This document shows, in pieces, positions 10,608-24,500 of a stretch of 64,000 nt of DNA. Below the pieces are notes generated by a model. The model was not told the origin of the DNA and ran no database searches. It saw nothing but the letters and a program-made list of their open reading frames with translations. Origin of the DNA: Octopus sinensis (taxonomy: Eukaryota). Within the stretch, counting starts at the first letter, position 1. Each line of letters begins with the position of its first letter. A program made the position numbers and the translations under genes. The stretch covers positions 94,798,001-94,862,000 of the forward strand of contig NC_043006.1 of assembly GCF_006345805.1 (NCBI RefSeq). The letters are read 5' to 3'.

Positions 10608-11555
10608 TGGAGTTATTTGTGAAAAAATTGCGATTTATGTACCCGTGAGCGTATTGGTGAATACCAACAACCTAAGAGAACCACAAAGAAAACAGCCAAT
10701 GCTACACTTCATAGTTTCGTCTTTAACTCCGAGAGCATAAGTTGGTGACATCTCACATAATGTGTAATCTCGTGGTATTTAAATGCCAGTGATATCATCT
10801 GATTTAATGTTTGAAAAATATATTCAAATGGAACATATGGCATCGGACTGATACTAGTCGAATGAAAAGAAATACTTTCTTCACCTTGCTGATGTTGAGA
10901 ACTCAGTGTTTCATTTCGTCATTGACGTTTATGAACACGCACACACAGACTCACACATTTGAAAAGATTAATATAAAGAGGTCAGACATAAGGAAGAAAG
11001 CTTCTTTCAAAAAGGATAGTAACATCCTGACAAAAGATTTTTTAAATTGTTTAAAGGGGTACTTAAAGAAAATTATCTTTGTTCTTAAAAGCAGTACTAA
11101 GTAATTTAGACAAGGACTTTTAAATATATATATGTGTGTGTGCGTGTGTGTGTGTTATTTACAGATATGTATGTATAGGGTTCCTAATAAGGTTTAGGAA
11201 ATAGTTATTCAAGGGATTTCAGAATAGAGACGTTTTGTTGCATGTGTGTATATGTGTTTATGTGAGTGTGTGTGTGTATGTGTGTTAGGATGTATGCGTG
11301 TGTGTCTAATTATATACATACAATGCCGATACCAAAAGTACAATATGGAAGTAGAACAGTAAAAGTATGCAAGAATTCTCAACAGTCCATGTAAACTTAT
11401 TACCGAAATTCCACAGATGGAACTTGAACGTATTCTTACAAAGAGTAACACTACCTTCCGTGTAGAAAGGTTTGAAATAATATATTACATATACACACAC
11501 CCATCCGGACGTATATACACATTCATACATACATGCGCACACTCACATATATGTA

Positions 11556-11593
<38 letters not shown>

Positions 11594-11712
11594 TGCGTTT
11601 GTGTACATATATATGTATATACACATTTTTAACACTCATATATGTACATATAAATATATATACATACATGTATGTTTATATACATGTATATATATACATA
11701 CACATATATGTA

Positions 11713-11756
<44 letters not shown>

Positions 11757-11831
11757 AAGATATATGATATGTGTGCATTTATATATATATGTATATATAT
11801 ATATATATTTTACTAAGCCCTAATTATATAT

Positions 11832-11872
<41 letters not shown>

Positions 11873-12634
11873 TATATATGTATATATATATAGCATGTAT
11901 ATATGTGTGTGTGTGTATGCGCGCTGGTATAAACGTGCAAATAATATATAAACAGGCAGACGTACCCATAAATATACACACACATTTTGTCCATGTATCC
12001 TTCCGTACACTTATATCCATCCACCCGTTCATCCATTCTCCATCAATCATTTCTCCAAGACACACGTCCATGCTCACCTACCTACACAGCACGATGTAAT
12101 AAGGTATCCGCCTTCCCACTCCATCTGCCACTTGGCACTTAAACTGCAATCCCTAAATGATTACTTGAGGAAAACTGAAACGGGAAAAACATAACCCAAA
12201 ATGATATTTCCATTACATGCTCGGCTAAGTCCACCTAGAAGGTAACCATATGAACAGCGTTCCTATATCAAGCCTCAGTATTCCTAACCAGCATCAAATT
12301 TTCCATATGGTGAAAATTGTGCGGTTGACTGGACTGAAAAATACAGGATTTATGTTGTTTAACCGCCACCTTTATTCTCTCTTTCCTCTTCCTATTCCCC
12401 ACACTCACCTCATTGTTTCTCTTCATCCCTTGTATTCCATCTATTTTTTTCATTGTATGTAAAAACATATATTTTGTCCAAAATCAAATATTTATAAGAT
12501 GGACACTTCTAAAAAATACTCCTACGCATGCAAAACACAAAAGATGCCTCTGTGCAGGTGTGCATACATACATGCATACGTACGTACGTACATACATAAT
12601 TACATACATGCATACATACATGCATACATACATC

Positions 12635-13680
12635 AAAACCCACAACATCCTGACAACTGACACAGAAACAGTTGACAGACTCTACAAAAGAAGATAGACG
12701 GGTTTCAAATGCCGGATGGTTTCACTCAGGCAGCAACTGCTGAACAATAGCAGCAGAGATAAATATATAAATGCAGTGCTTAAAAGGGAAGTTAGAAACA
12801 TTGTACAAATTGGCAGCGAGCTCCTCGAGAAGCACTCTCTTGTTGATGATCTATACAACCCCAAAAGAGCTGGGTTCTCTTACCTCAGAGAAAAACTGGA
12901 TGGAATGTACTCAGCATACAAAAAAAAAAAAGACCTTGCATGGGTATATTGCCAAGAGGTTTGAAGAAAACAGTAGAATTGACACAAAGCGCAGCCCCTC
13001 TTGGTCACAAGACAACTACACCACATCACACTTTGAAGGCTATGCGTTTGCAAACCAGGAACAGGCGATTGCCAGAAAGTATCTGGTGAACAAGAGAGAC
13101 AGTGACGTTGTTGTAATCCCAAGGTGCAACCGCATGTCTAGGCTATGTCATATCCTAAAATCTCATCACGGTTCTACCTCCCTAGGCGACACGATGTTGT
13201 CGCTAAAACAACATATAATGCCATCCACAAGAAAGACTCTCTTGAAATGAACTTGAGGAATCCCTCTGTTGTAGTATACATTGATAAACACCAACACAAG
13301 GATTACTGGCGGAATATTCCCACCAAAACTTTTGGCAAATGTAAGCATAATAGGCCAGATATTGTTGTTTGGGACAGAGGGGCAAAGGTTTGTACTATCA
13401 TAGAGGTCAGCTGCCCTGTAGATATAAATATCTCTATGAAAATCAAAGAAAAATGAAAAAGAAAAAGAGGATATCTGTGGACAACTGCTTCGAAACCTTC
13501 AGCTTCTATATCCAGACTATGAATTTATATTCATTCCAATAATAATTGGAGCACTTGGTTTTGTTAGTAAATATTTAAAGGAGAATCTGGATAAACTGGG
13601 ATTTCAGAAAGAGAAACTGACCGGCTCATTCGTACATTACAAGTGCAATCTGTGAGTGGAACAGTATTGAGTATATGAAT
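12635..13680 (+). mobile_element. Decayed 3' part of a restriction-like-endonuclease (R4/CRE/NeSL-type) non-LTR retrotransposon
   Basis: VDRLYKRR, FEGYAFANQEQAI, YLPRRHDVVA, HNRPDIVVWD, IIEVSCP, and IPIIIGALG after a frameshift. Confidence 0.85.
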
Positions 13681-13823
13681 AATAACAAATGGTAAAATTA
13701 ATTAATTAAGAAGTAATCAATAATTTCACCAACTAGAATTCGGCATGAAAAAGGACCATTTCACGGTAAACTTCAGTAATACTTTATAATTAGGGCTCAG
13801 CAAAGATTTGCTTTACCACATAC

Positions 13824-13920
13824 CGAAGTTTAGAAATAGCAGCCAAAAAACCTTAGCTATTTCTTCTACTTCTTCTAGAAGAAATAGCTAAGGTTTTTTG
13901 GCTGCTATTTCTAAGCTTCG
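13824..13920. repeat. Fold-back hairpin, about 45-bp arms with 7-nt loop
   Basis: ttagaaatagcagccaaaaaaccttagctatttcttcta / tagaagaaatagctaaggttttttggctgctatttctaa. Confidence 0.93.
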
Positions 13921-14230
13921 CTATCTTTGAGTATATGTATAGATTATATATGCATAGATTGCTTGAAGTGGTATACAAATTGTATATATTAAAGAAAACG
14001 AACCAGTCAAAATTAGAAATAATTATTTGTTGAGAGCTTCCATCTCATTTTCGAGGGATTCAACAGGAATGATGATTCTTTTAAAAAGAGATAAAATCGC
14101 GAAATAAATATCTATCCATAATATTAAGTATCTCTTTTTTCTTAATACATACATATACGCACACATACATATATGTAAATATATATATATATATTTACAT
14201 GTATGTATGTATGATATATTATATATATAT

Positions 14231-15017
14231 ATAAGAATGAATGTTTTTATATATAATGAACGTGAAATACAGGAAGGGACGAACACGGAACACAGACAAA
14301 TCATTCGAAGCCTTCAATCTTCAGTCAGACACCGAATCATCATAGCAAATTTCGGCTGTTCAATTCTGATATTTGCTCCAACTCGGCACCCCAAGAAAAA
14401 AACTAAGCGTGTAAGCATTAGATTTCTTGGTAGAAGACAGGAATGTGAACGCACAAGACGGATGTGAATACAAGAGACGAAAACGAAATTGAAAACAGTA
14501 ATAAAAAAAACAAAACATATATAACGGTGGTTGTCATAATACGACTTTAGACCAAATGAGACAAAACAACAACAACATAGCAGCTGGCGTAGAAATAATT
14601 ACCGTTTCGGTAGCGGGGACACATGTTGGTCGAGATACGAAGGCCAACAGAATGGTTGAAGAAGCAGCAAGTCGCAGGAGAGAGAGAAAGAGAGACAGAG
14701 AGAGAGGGAATCAAAGAGGGTGGAAGGCAGGGGACAGAATCGGTGACCAAGAGAGAAGGAGAAAGAAGGGATTAAGGAGGATGGGAGGAAGAGAGGGGAA
14801 GAATCGGAGGGCGCCAAAAAGTTTGGTGAAGAAGCAATGGCGGGTAGTAAAGACAGTGTGTATAGAAGTCGTGCAGGGTTTAAAATTGGACAAACAAACG
14901 GGGGGGGGGGGTGCACGTAACGCCGCAATAATATAAGAATGAATGTTTTTATAATAATGAACGTGAAATACAGGAAGGGACGAACACGGAACACAGACAA
15001 ATCATTCGAAGCCTTCA

Positions 15018-15019
<2 letters not shown>
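14231..15019. mobile_element. About 790-bp element bounded by 88-bp direct repeats, inserted in (TA)n (pseudo-LTR-like)
   Basis: 14231-14318 is nearly identical to 14933-15019; interior related to 1730-2430. Confidence 0.6.
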
Positions 15020-15048
<29 letters not shown>

Positions 15049-15164
15049 CTATATATATTATATAATATATATAATATATATATATATGTATATAGCGAGA
15101 GAGAGAGAGTTATTGGTTCGCCCTAAGAGAACGATAGAATAAATATCAGTTTCCAAAAAATAAT

Positions 15165-15240
15165 CCTTAGTGTCGATTTAAGGCGGTGCTCCAGTATGGC
15201 CAAAGTCAAGAGACTGAAAAATGGGAAAAGAATAAAAGAA
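15165..15240 (+). mobile_element. SINE family A 3' fragment
   Basis: aaggcggtgctccagtatggcc...gactgaaa...aaaagaataaaagaa. Confidence 0.7.
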
Positions 15241-15396
15241 TATACAATAGTTATGTTATAAAATATTAAAATCCAGAAATATATTCTTCATAGCCACACC
15301 CTGATAGGTGATTTAATGCGTGTGTAAACGTATCCGTTAAAATAATATACGGGTGCATACATACACATACACATGTATAATCTGTACAGATAAATA

Positions 15397-15793
15397 CATC
15401 ATCATCATTGTTCAACCGTGGTCGAGACAATGGAATTTACTATGTTACGCCAGACTTCACGGTCCATCATAGCATTACGGAGGTCCTGTTGCTGGATGCC
15501 TGTATCCCTGGAGATTACATCAGAGTCGGAGAGTGTGCGCCCCCTGGTATCGCGAGCAGATGGCTTCCAGAGGAGAAGAGTAGAAATTACCTCGCTTTCA
15601 ACTCTACAACAATGTCCAGCAAACTGGACTCTTCTACCTCTCACAAGAGATGATACAGGTGGTAATTTCTCATACATTTGTACTTTGGTTGGATGGCGCT
15701 TCCACGAGAGATTTTGAGCTTTCATAAGGAGGCGAGTGTAAGTTCCATCCAACCACCTCTCAAGCTTTGATAATGTCCAGGTTTCTGAGCCAT
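15397..15793 (-). mobile_element. 5'-truncated RTE-clade LINE (C-terminus plus (TGA)n tail)
   Basis: YGSETWTL...RRVQFAGHCCR...LLWKP...MMDREVWR, ends in tgatgatgatg. Confidence 0.88.
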
Positions 15794-15974
15794 ATACATA
15801 CATACACACAGACAAACATAGACACACACACAGGCACATATATATATATATGTGTACGTGTACGTGTATGTGTTTCGTGTGTGGGTGTGCATATGTGCGC
15901 CTGGTCATGTACATGTGTATGTTTATAAGCAGTACAGTGAGGTATTTATTTTGTCTACCGTTACGTTATAATTT

Positions 15975-16130
15975 CAAATGACGCCGAGGTCGACTTTGCC
16001 TTTCATCCTTTCGGGGGTCGATTCAATAAGTACCAGTTATGCACTGGGGTCGATTTAATCGATTTAATCCCATTACCTGTCCTTATTTGTCTCCTCTATA
16101 TTTAGCCCCTGAGGGCAATAAAGAAATAGA
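15975..16130 (+). mobile_element. SINE family B, partial
   Basis: gccgaggtcgactttgcctttcatcctttcgggggtcgatt...taccagttatgcactggggtcga. Confidence 0.85.
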
Positions 16131-16244
16131 TACACTGAGGTATTTTCATATTGTATAAGCTAATTGTTATATATACATATACGTGCTGACGTATAATTCC
16201 TTTATGTATATATATATAGATAGAGAGATAGATTTATATAAAAT

Positions 16245-16317
<73 letters not shown>

Positions 16318-16839
16318 AAGGTGTTTGTGTCTTTTTGCATAGAGCCTTATCTCTCCTGATCTGAAACCAATTTCTTGCGATTCCATATAAACGAAAATCC
16401 TTTCCTCCAAACATTTTAAACAACAAATAAACAGGAGAATGAAAACCGAAATCACCATCACCACCACGACCAGCACCATCACACAACTACCACCGCCACC
16501 ATCAGCCTCCTCTGACATTGCTGACAGCAGCAGCATCACCAATAACACCATCTCCAACACTACCTCAACCACTGCCACCCTCATCGCTAGTACTAGTGTC
16601 AACACTACATCCACTTCACTACCAATGCCAAAATCAACAATTACAAGAATAATAACAACAAAATAAAAAATGACAAATACGAGAAAAAAACATAAAGCAA
16701 ACAATTTGGTCGTTCTAATAATGTCCAGAAGAAATCAACAGATTGTTTGGATTTGCTACATGTTGGATCGGATTGGAAGAAATGTTTGGTTGAATATTTC
16801 TGTATAAAGAACGACACAAAGTAAACTGCCATGTACATG

Positions 16840-17660
<821 letters not shown>

Positions 17661-17838
17661 CATACATACTTAAAAGTCTATACACTTGCAGATTAAATTG
17701 CATGTGTACGCATGTATATTGTGTCTGTGTGAGTTTATATCTATTTCTGTATGTGTGTATTTGTGTGTGTCTGTGTGTCTCTGACTCTATATAGCTTTGT
17801 CGTTTCGTGGTTTCTTTTTGCGTAATTTTCTACTTGTT

Positions 17839-18228
17839 GTTTCCATGGAAATGCGTCGTCGTACCGACCAGAAATAATATGGCGTTATCGCAAATAGTTT
17901 TGATGTTCCTTAAAGCAATACCTTCCCGTTTTTCTTTCCGTTTTCTAAATCACATGACACTTCCTGTTTTCACTGTCTTTGGATTTACGGCATATATATG
18001 TGTATATATGTGTCTTTGTGTGTCTATACGTGTGTGTGAGTTCATGTTTGTGTGTGTGTGTGTGTGTGTATGTGTGTGTGTGCGTGTGTGTGTGTGTGTG
18101 CGTGTATGTGTGTGTGTTTGTTTGTGCTTATGTGTGCGTGGGTGTGTGTAAAGCGGTAAAGCCATAATAAGTCAGTTTGGGTGAAAGTTATTCTATTAGT
18201 TATCGGCGGTTTTTTCTCTCCTGATTGG
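17839..18228. promoter_or_regulatory. Possible promoter-type motif cluster
   Basis: GTTTCCATGGAAAT (X-box-like) 17839-17852, ATGGCG 17879, TCACATGA 17950, ACTTCCTGT 17959, CTGATTGG 18221; motif matches only. Confidence 0.25.
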
Positions 18229-18359
18229 ATCGTTGGGAATTTTGGTGAAGTTCTCATCTGTCTTCTCGTTTAACATATCACTATTGATTAAGTTATTGTT
18301 TTTGTTGTTGTTGTTAATGTTATTGTTTTTGTTGGTGGTGCTGGTTGATGTTGATGCTG

Positions 18360-18733
18360 TTGCTGTTGAGCGAACGGTCTTCGTCCCAGAGCTCGCAAGA
18401 TGGGAGAAGTCCGAAACGTGGTCCTTTGCTATTCGTAAGACCCGCAGAAGAGAAAGCAGGTAAACCCCCGACACCGAGAGCATCGACGGATGGATGGATG
18501 TGCATCGAGGCTCAGCGGTTGCGTAGGAATTCGTGGACAAGAAACAGGAAGAAAGGGTGTGAGAAAGTTGGAGCGAAAGAGTACAACAGGGGTCGCCACC
18601 ACCCCCTGCCGGAGTATCGTGGAGCTTTAGATGTCTTCGCTCAATAAACACACACAACGCCCGGTCTGGGAATCGAAACCGCGATCCTCCGACCGCGAGT
18701 CCGCTGCCCTAACCATTGGGCCATTGCTCCTCC
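18360..18733 (-). mobile_element. tRNA-derived SINE (third family) with (CAA/CAG)n tail
   Basis: tggcccaatggttagggcagcgg (A box) ... ggtttcgattccc (B box), then a non-tRNA body. Confidence 0.8.
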
Positions 18734-18799
18734 ACTGTTGGTGCTGGTGGTGATATTGTAGGCTTAAGCCAACGTCAGCTCTGATGGAGCACGTTTCAC

Positions 18800-18848
18800 A
18801 GCATCAATGTCTTTCATGATCGACATCAGCAACCATCATCATCACTAT

Positions 18849-18881
<33 letters not shown>

Positions 18882-19085
18882 GCCACCATCATCATCATCA
18901 CCACCATCAGAATCACAGTCACTACCAGCATCACCACAACAACCACCAGCATCACCACCACCATCACCATCACCACCACCACCACCACCATCATCATCAT
19001 CGTCATCATCATTGCCATCATTATTCTTGTCATCGTCATAGTCATCCTCCGCCTCCTCCTCATCCATCTGATTATCAGCATCAAT
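18800..19085. repeat. (CAT)n/(CAC)n trinucleotide array
   Basis: Directly visible. Confidence 0.95.
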
Positions 19086-19149
19086 TAGTGCAGGGCGCTG
19101 GGAGAATCGGTATAGCATCACACAAAATCTTTAGCAGCATTTCTTCCGG

Positions 19150-19285
19150 TGTTTTATATTATTTACATTATTTACATTTGACGGATATTTGTCCTCATTT
19201 TGTTTGTTGTTAAGACATCAGGTGCTTTGGGGAAATTTCGAACCTGGATTCTCATTCCTAAGTTATTATTCGATGTTGTTGTTGT
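19150..19285 (-). mobile_element. Short (AAT)n-associated repeat, hammerhead region internally deleted
   Basis: Homologous to 50790-50945 and 53716-53870; retains cacctgatg. Confidence 0.75.
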
Positions 19286-19287
19286 TG

Positions 19288-19358
<71 letters not shown>

Positions 19359-19590
19359 ATTATTATTATTCCTTCCGACGCCGATGGACGTACGTGAATC
19401 AGCTCCGTGAATTTGGTACCAATTTCATTGGAAATCTACTGATAAGTTTGAATATTTTTAAATATTTTTGTAGCCAAACCGACCGGCTTCTTGCGGAGCT
19501 CGTCGGTTGGGGCGAAATTTTGCCCCATTCGGGGTGAAATTACTGTTTATCCATTTGAAATTGACATTTTTTGCACCACAACATTACAAA

Positions 19591-21459
19591 ATGGCATTGA
19601 AACGAGCTGCTGGCTCTTCCTCCTTCTTACAACAGCCCCCACAAGAACAAAAAAAAAAATAACGTCACGGGTTACGAACAACCCATTTCAGGCGTAAAAG
19701 GCAACAAAGCTCCTCCTTCCGAACCGGAGAGCACGCGCTCGGTTCAAAGGGGAGAATGCAAGCCAGGACGTCGCGTTCGACGTAATTCTCGATTTTCCCC
19801 CTCTGCCTTCACCCAATGCTTTGGTACGGAAGGAGGAGGAAGGAAAAACAATTACAAAAATCATCACAAACATTGACACGGAGAAAAAAGAAAAAACTTC
19901 CAACAATTTTGCTTCTGCTGCGAAGCAAATTTCGGAGGAAGTTAAGATAACTCTAGAAGATGTGAAAAGAGCGAAGGAGTTGTTGAGGAAGGATGGCAAT
20001 GGCATCTTCCTCAATACTCCACAAGAGGTGATTGAAAGCACCAACAAGAAAACAATATTTTACAAAGTTTTCGACAGAAAACTAAAAAGAATGATAAATG
20101 CCACACCCCAACAGTTGGAGATAGCTCTAAAGCCCATTTGGGCCCAAAAGAGCTACGTAACCAAGGGGAAGCGTTTTGGAACCGTGGAGGTTCGCTTCCC
20201 AACAGAGGAGCTTGCAAGGGCGAACGCCATTTCGCCCTTGCAAACTGAGAATTTGTTACTAGTTCCGACCCACCTCGGGCGAAGAGTAACAAAAATAAAA
20301 ATCGACCTCGCCCCCCCCCTGAGCTAGATATGTCATGGCTGGTGGCAGCTGTCCTCTATGATATAGAGGACACTACCACCATTCTAGATGTCAGGAGAGT
20401 GAGGGCGAAAAACTGGTTGGGGATGGGAGTGCTGCTTCTTGCGCAAATTCAGCAAGAGAATATCAGTAAAGTCCCTGATTTCGTAAGTTTGCCGGACGGC
20501 ACCAGGCTAAACGTTGCTGTGGAGGGGCGAAAGCCAAATGTTTCCTCTGCAGCAGCGAAAGCCACTTAAAGAGGGACTGTCCCATTCACAAAAAGAGGAT
20601 GGAGGCTTTCAGCAAGAGGCAGCAACAACAACAACAACAAACACAAAGCAACACACAACAGAAACAACAAAAACAGCAAGAAACACCAAGGCTGCCACAC
20701 CACCAACACCATCACCAACACCAGCACAAGACGAACAACACCACCTCCAACAACAACAACCACCACCAAACCAACACCGACAACCACCACCAAACCAACA
20801 CCGACACCAGTACCTCGAAGGTCGACAGCAGCGACATCAACAGTAACAGGAGCAGCGGCACCACCGATACCGGCGGAACCAAAAACTTTTCGTCCTGCTA
20901 CTGAAGCAGACCCCTCAACCATTCCTTTGCCGGATGAAGAGATCTCGGATTGTGCGAGCTCTGATTCCAACAAAGGAGAATGGAACATAGTGCCTCCAAA
21001 AAAGAAAAGGAGGAAAAAACAAAAAGATTTACAGGGGAAGCACGAACAAATAGTACTTCCCAACATCAACAACAACATCAACAACAACACACACTCACAA
21101 CAAAAACAACAACAACAACACTTTCGACACCACTACTGCCACTACCACAGACACAACAAAACACAGACACAATTACAGACACGATTACAGCAGTGAATAC
21201 AAGAAACCAGGAACTGGTTGAGTATTTGAAAAACAAAACAAGCACAAACATTACAGATTTCATAATACCTACACACAACACACCACCAGCACACATTCTC
21301 ACAATAAAAATAAACAAAACAGTTTACAACGAAATAAAACAAATATTCCCTAACGATGTGGGATCGTTAGGGAAAAGTTTCTCTCAGAAACTTTACAAAA
21401 ATATTATGAAGCACCGTGCAAAAGCACAAGGGAGCCACCCCCACCACCAACAACAGTAA
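19591..21459 (+). pseudogene. Tx1-like ORF1 (gag-like), frameshifted
   Basis: ATG at 19591 (MALKRAAG); CCHC knuckle CFLCSSESHLKRDC at 20539-20580; low-complexity C-terminal half. Confidence 0.7.
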
Positions 21460-21502
21460 GTAGAGCCTTTTTTCTCCTTTTTTTCCCCCTAACTTTTGAA
21501 AC

Positions 21503-24500
21503 ATGGCAAATCTTAGAATCGGTTGCTTGAATGTGAGAGGCCTCGGGTCACCTTGGAAACAGGGTCACCTGTTAAACGACCTGAGGTTTCATGATGTGGA
21601 TGTAGCAGCCATCAGTGAAACCAGGCTCTCCGACCCGCAGGAACTCGCAGCCCTTTTCGGCGGATACGAGATATTTCTATCTCCGTGTCGGCCGAGAGCG
21701 GGCGGTGGTGGTACTGCGGTGTTGTTTCGGAAGGGCCTGGACCTGAAAATAAGGACAGTCTTCTTGGATCCGGAAGGTAAGTTGGTGGTCCTCGACGTCG
21801 ACGGTAGTGACGGCGGTGCTTTCAGACTGCTGGCTGCCTACGCTCCGACAGGAGCAGGGCAGTCGGATTATTTCAAACGTCTGGAAGTTTTCCTGGGAAC
21901 GTCACGCACTCTAGTACTAGTTGGGGATTGGAACGCTGTCTTAGACGAACGTTTCGATCGTGGGCAGGGGAGCGTCTGATAGGAGAGGGGGAGGGTGCAA
22001 GAGCCTCGCCAACCTACTCGGCCGCTTTCAGCTGTCCGACAGGTTTCGACTAGACAACCCGAATGTGCCAATGCGGGTCGTCTAGATCGTACTTAGATAG
22101 AGTGTTTTGTAGGCCAGCGGATATGGACAGCGTAGGGTGTCCACAATTCCACCTAGTCGAATATACGGACCACAAATTAGTGATCTGTACGGTCGACTTA
22201 GGCTACATAGACAGGGACCCGGCTACTGGAAGCTGAACGCGTCATTAACAGCGTGCAAAGCTTACAAAGACCGGATTAGTTTACTAGTTAAGCGGGCGCT
22301 CACGGGGGCAATCATCAACAACAACTGGTGGTTTGCCCTCAAGAGAGCAATTAGAGTAGAGTCGATTAGGTATAGTAAGACTCTAGCTATTGAACGTAGG
22401 AAGAGAGAGCGGGATTTAGTTAAGAAACTAGACGAGGCTCTTGACACTGGCATCGCGACCGACGTGTTGGCCCTCGACCAACACTTCGACGCCAAACACG
22501 AAGGCTGCGTTGTCAGAGCTAAGGCACGTTCGCTAAGCGGGGAGGGGACTAGAGCCGCTCGATGGGCCCGCGTGGCGGAGGCGAACGAGGAGGCAACAGA
22601 GCAACCATTCGGTCTTTGGTGGACCAGAACGGGCGCGAGGTTACCGAACCGAAGCAGATGTGTACGGTGCTTCAGCGGCACTTTGCTCAACTGTTTGGGA
22701 CGAGCGGTGGAACGGACACCAACGGTACAGACTTCGGTGTGTACCTGGACGGCCTACCGCAACTCTCGGACAGCGAGGCAGAGTGCTGCGAAGGACCGAT
22801 ATCTGCCTGGAAGTACAGGAAGCGATGAAGAGTTGCACGAGAGGTAGATCGCCGGGTTTGGATGGTCTGCCATACGAGCTTTACTTTTCAATGCCAGACT
22901 TGTTTGCGGACCTGTTGGCAAACGTCTACTGCAACTGGCAGCAAAACGGGAGAATTCCTGCTTTTGTCTGTCGAGGGGGTGGCTTTGCTAAAGAAGGACC
23001 CAAACAAGGGGACGTTATAGGGAATTTCCGGCCCATCACTCTGCTCAATGCAGAGTTGAAGATTTTGGCCAAGGTGCTAGCCAAGAGATTGGCGCTTGTC
23101 GTGGACAAGCTGGTCGGCAAGACGCAGACATGCGCCGTGCCGACCAGGTCGATACACGACAACCTCCAACTCATGCGCTACATCATAGAGAGGGTGGGTA
23201 ACGACGCTGGCGCGGGTGGGGTTTGATCAACTTGGATCAGAGTAAAGCCTTCGATAGGGTCGACCATCGGTACCTGGCAGCTGTCCTCAAGGCAGCCGGC
23301 TTCGGTCCAGTCTTCCGCGGTGGATAGCTGCTTTATACAGCAACATCTGCTCGGTGATACGGGTGAACGGTCACCTTTCGGAACCGTTCGACATCTCGCG
23401 TTCGGTCCGCCAAGGATGCCCCCTCTCCTCCCTCTTGTACATTTTGACTCTCGAGCCATTACTGCGCAAGTTGGAGTCTTTGAGGGGTATCCCGCGCGAT
23501 CTAGGAGGCGGAAACAGCGTGTCTGCTTATGCCGACGACGTCACCGTGGTGGTGTCGAGCCACAGGCACATTGGCCTGATTGGCGAGACGCTAAACCAGT
23601 ACGAAGCGGTGACAGGGGCAAAGATTAACGCGGAAAAGTCTGTGGGCTTGCAACTGGGCACCTGGAGAGGCAAGCCCATGCCGTCCAACAGCGTCGTAGG
23701 GCGCTGGACAGACGGACCCGTTAAACTGCTCGGGGTCTGGTTCGGTTCCGGACCTCCAGGTGGATAAGAACTGGGAAGTGGTGACGAGCAGGGTGGCACG
23801 TCTCACCCAGAAATGGGCCGAGAGGAAGCTGTCCCTGAAAGGTCGAGCGGAGGTGGCGAATGCGTACATCGCATCCGTCATCTATTACCGCTTGACCGTC
23901 GTCCCTTGTCCCGACCGCTGGTTGGCCAAGCTGGTACGCCTGCTCTTCGACTTTTTGTGGAAGGGTCAGGTGCCACTGGTCAGGCGATCCATCTGCTGTC
24001 AACGACCGCTGAACGGTGGCCTTGGAATGCCGTGGTTGCTGTTGCGCAGACATGCGCTCAGGCTGCGGCATCTCAAGCGCTTCCTAGACGGTGAACAGGT
24101 GTGTCGTCTTTTGTCAGACGCGATTTTCCGCAGCTCGTCTCTTTGACGGAGCTGCAGACCTGGATCAAACGTAGACCGAGAAAGGGCGCTTGGCACCTCG
24201 AGTGCCGTCAAGCCCTCTCCGCCCTCCGCCGGGCGGCAATGCGGTCGGTTACAGCTCCACTCTAGCGTTCTATAGAGGGTTAGTGGAGGAAAAATGCGAC
24301 GACGTTCTCGGGGGAAACTCTAGGCGTTGAAGATGACGAACTGAGCGGTCTGTTCGGGAGGACTTTCGGGCCGGGGCCGATGGATAATTTCCAGAGGTCT
24401 CTCGCCTGGCAGTGCTACCGAGGGGCTCTGCCTGTTCGAGATAAACTCTACCGGCACGGAAGTGCCGTCAGCCGGGCCTGCCCGAGGTGTTGCCAGACGA

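Noticed and set aside
11381-11464. Possible plus-strand 84-nt exon (PCKLITEIPQMELERILTKSNTTFRVE)
   Set aside because: Weak donor (gtttga), no recognisable homology, no partner exon
14300-14330. CTGAAGA followed by a short stem on minus as a hammerhead
   Set aside because: GAAA and stem III/I elements missing
16696-16825. 41-codon open stretch KQFGRSNN...CIKNDTK
   Set aside because: No proper acceptor, weak donor, no homology; compatible with chance
18655-18733. tRNA-like sequence (also the heads of SINE A/B)
   Set aside because: No complete acceptor stem and continues into a SINE body; not a tRNA gene
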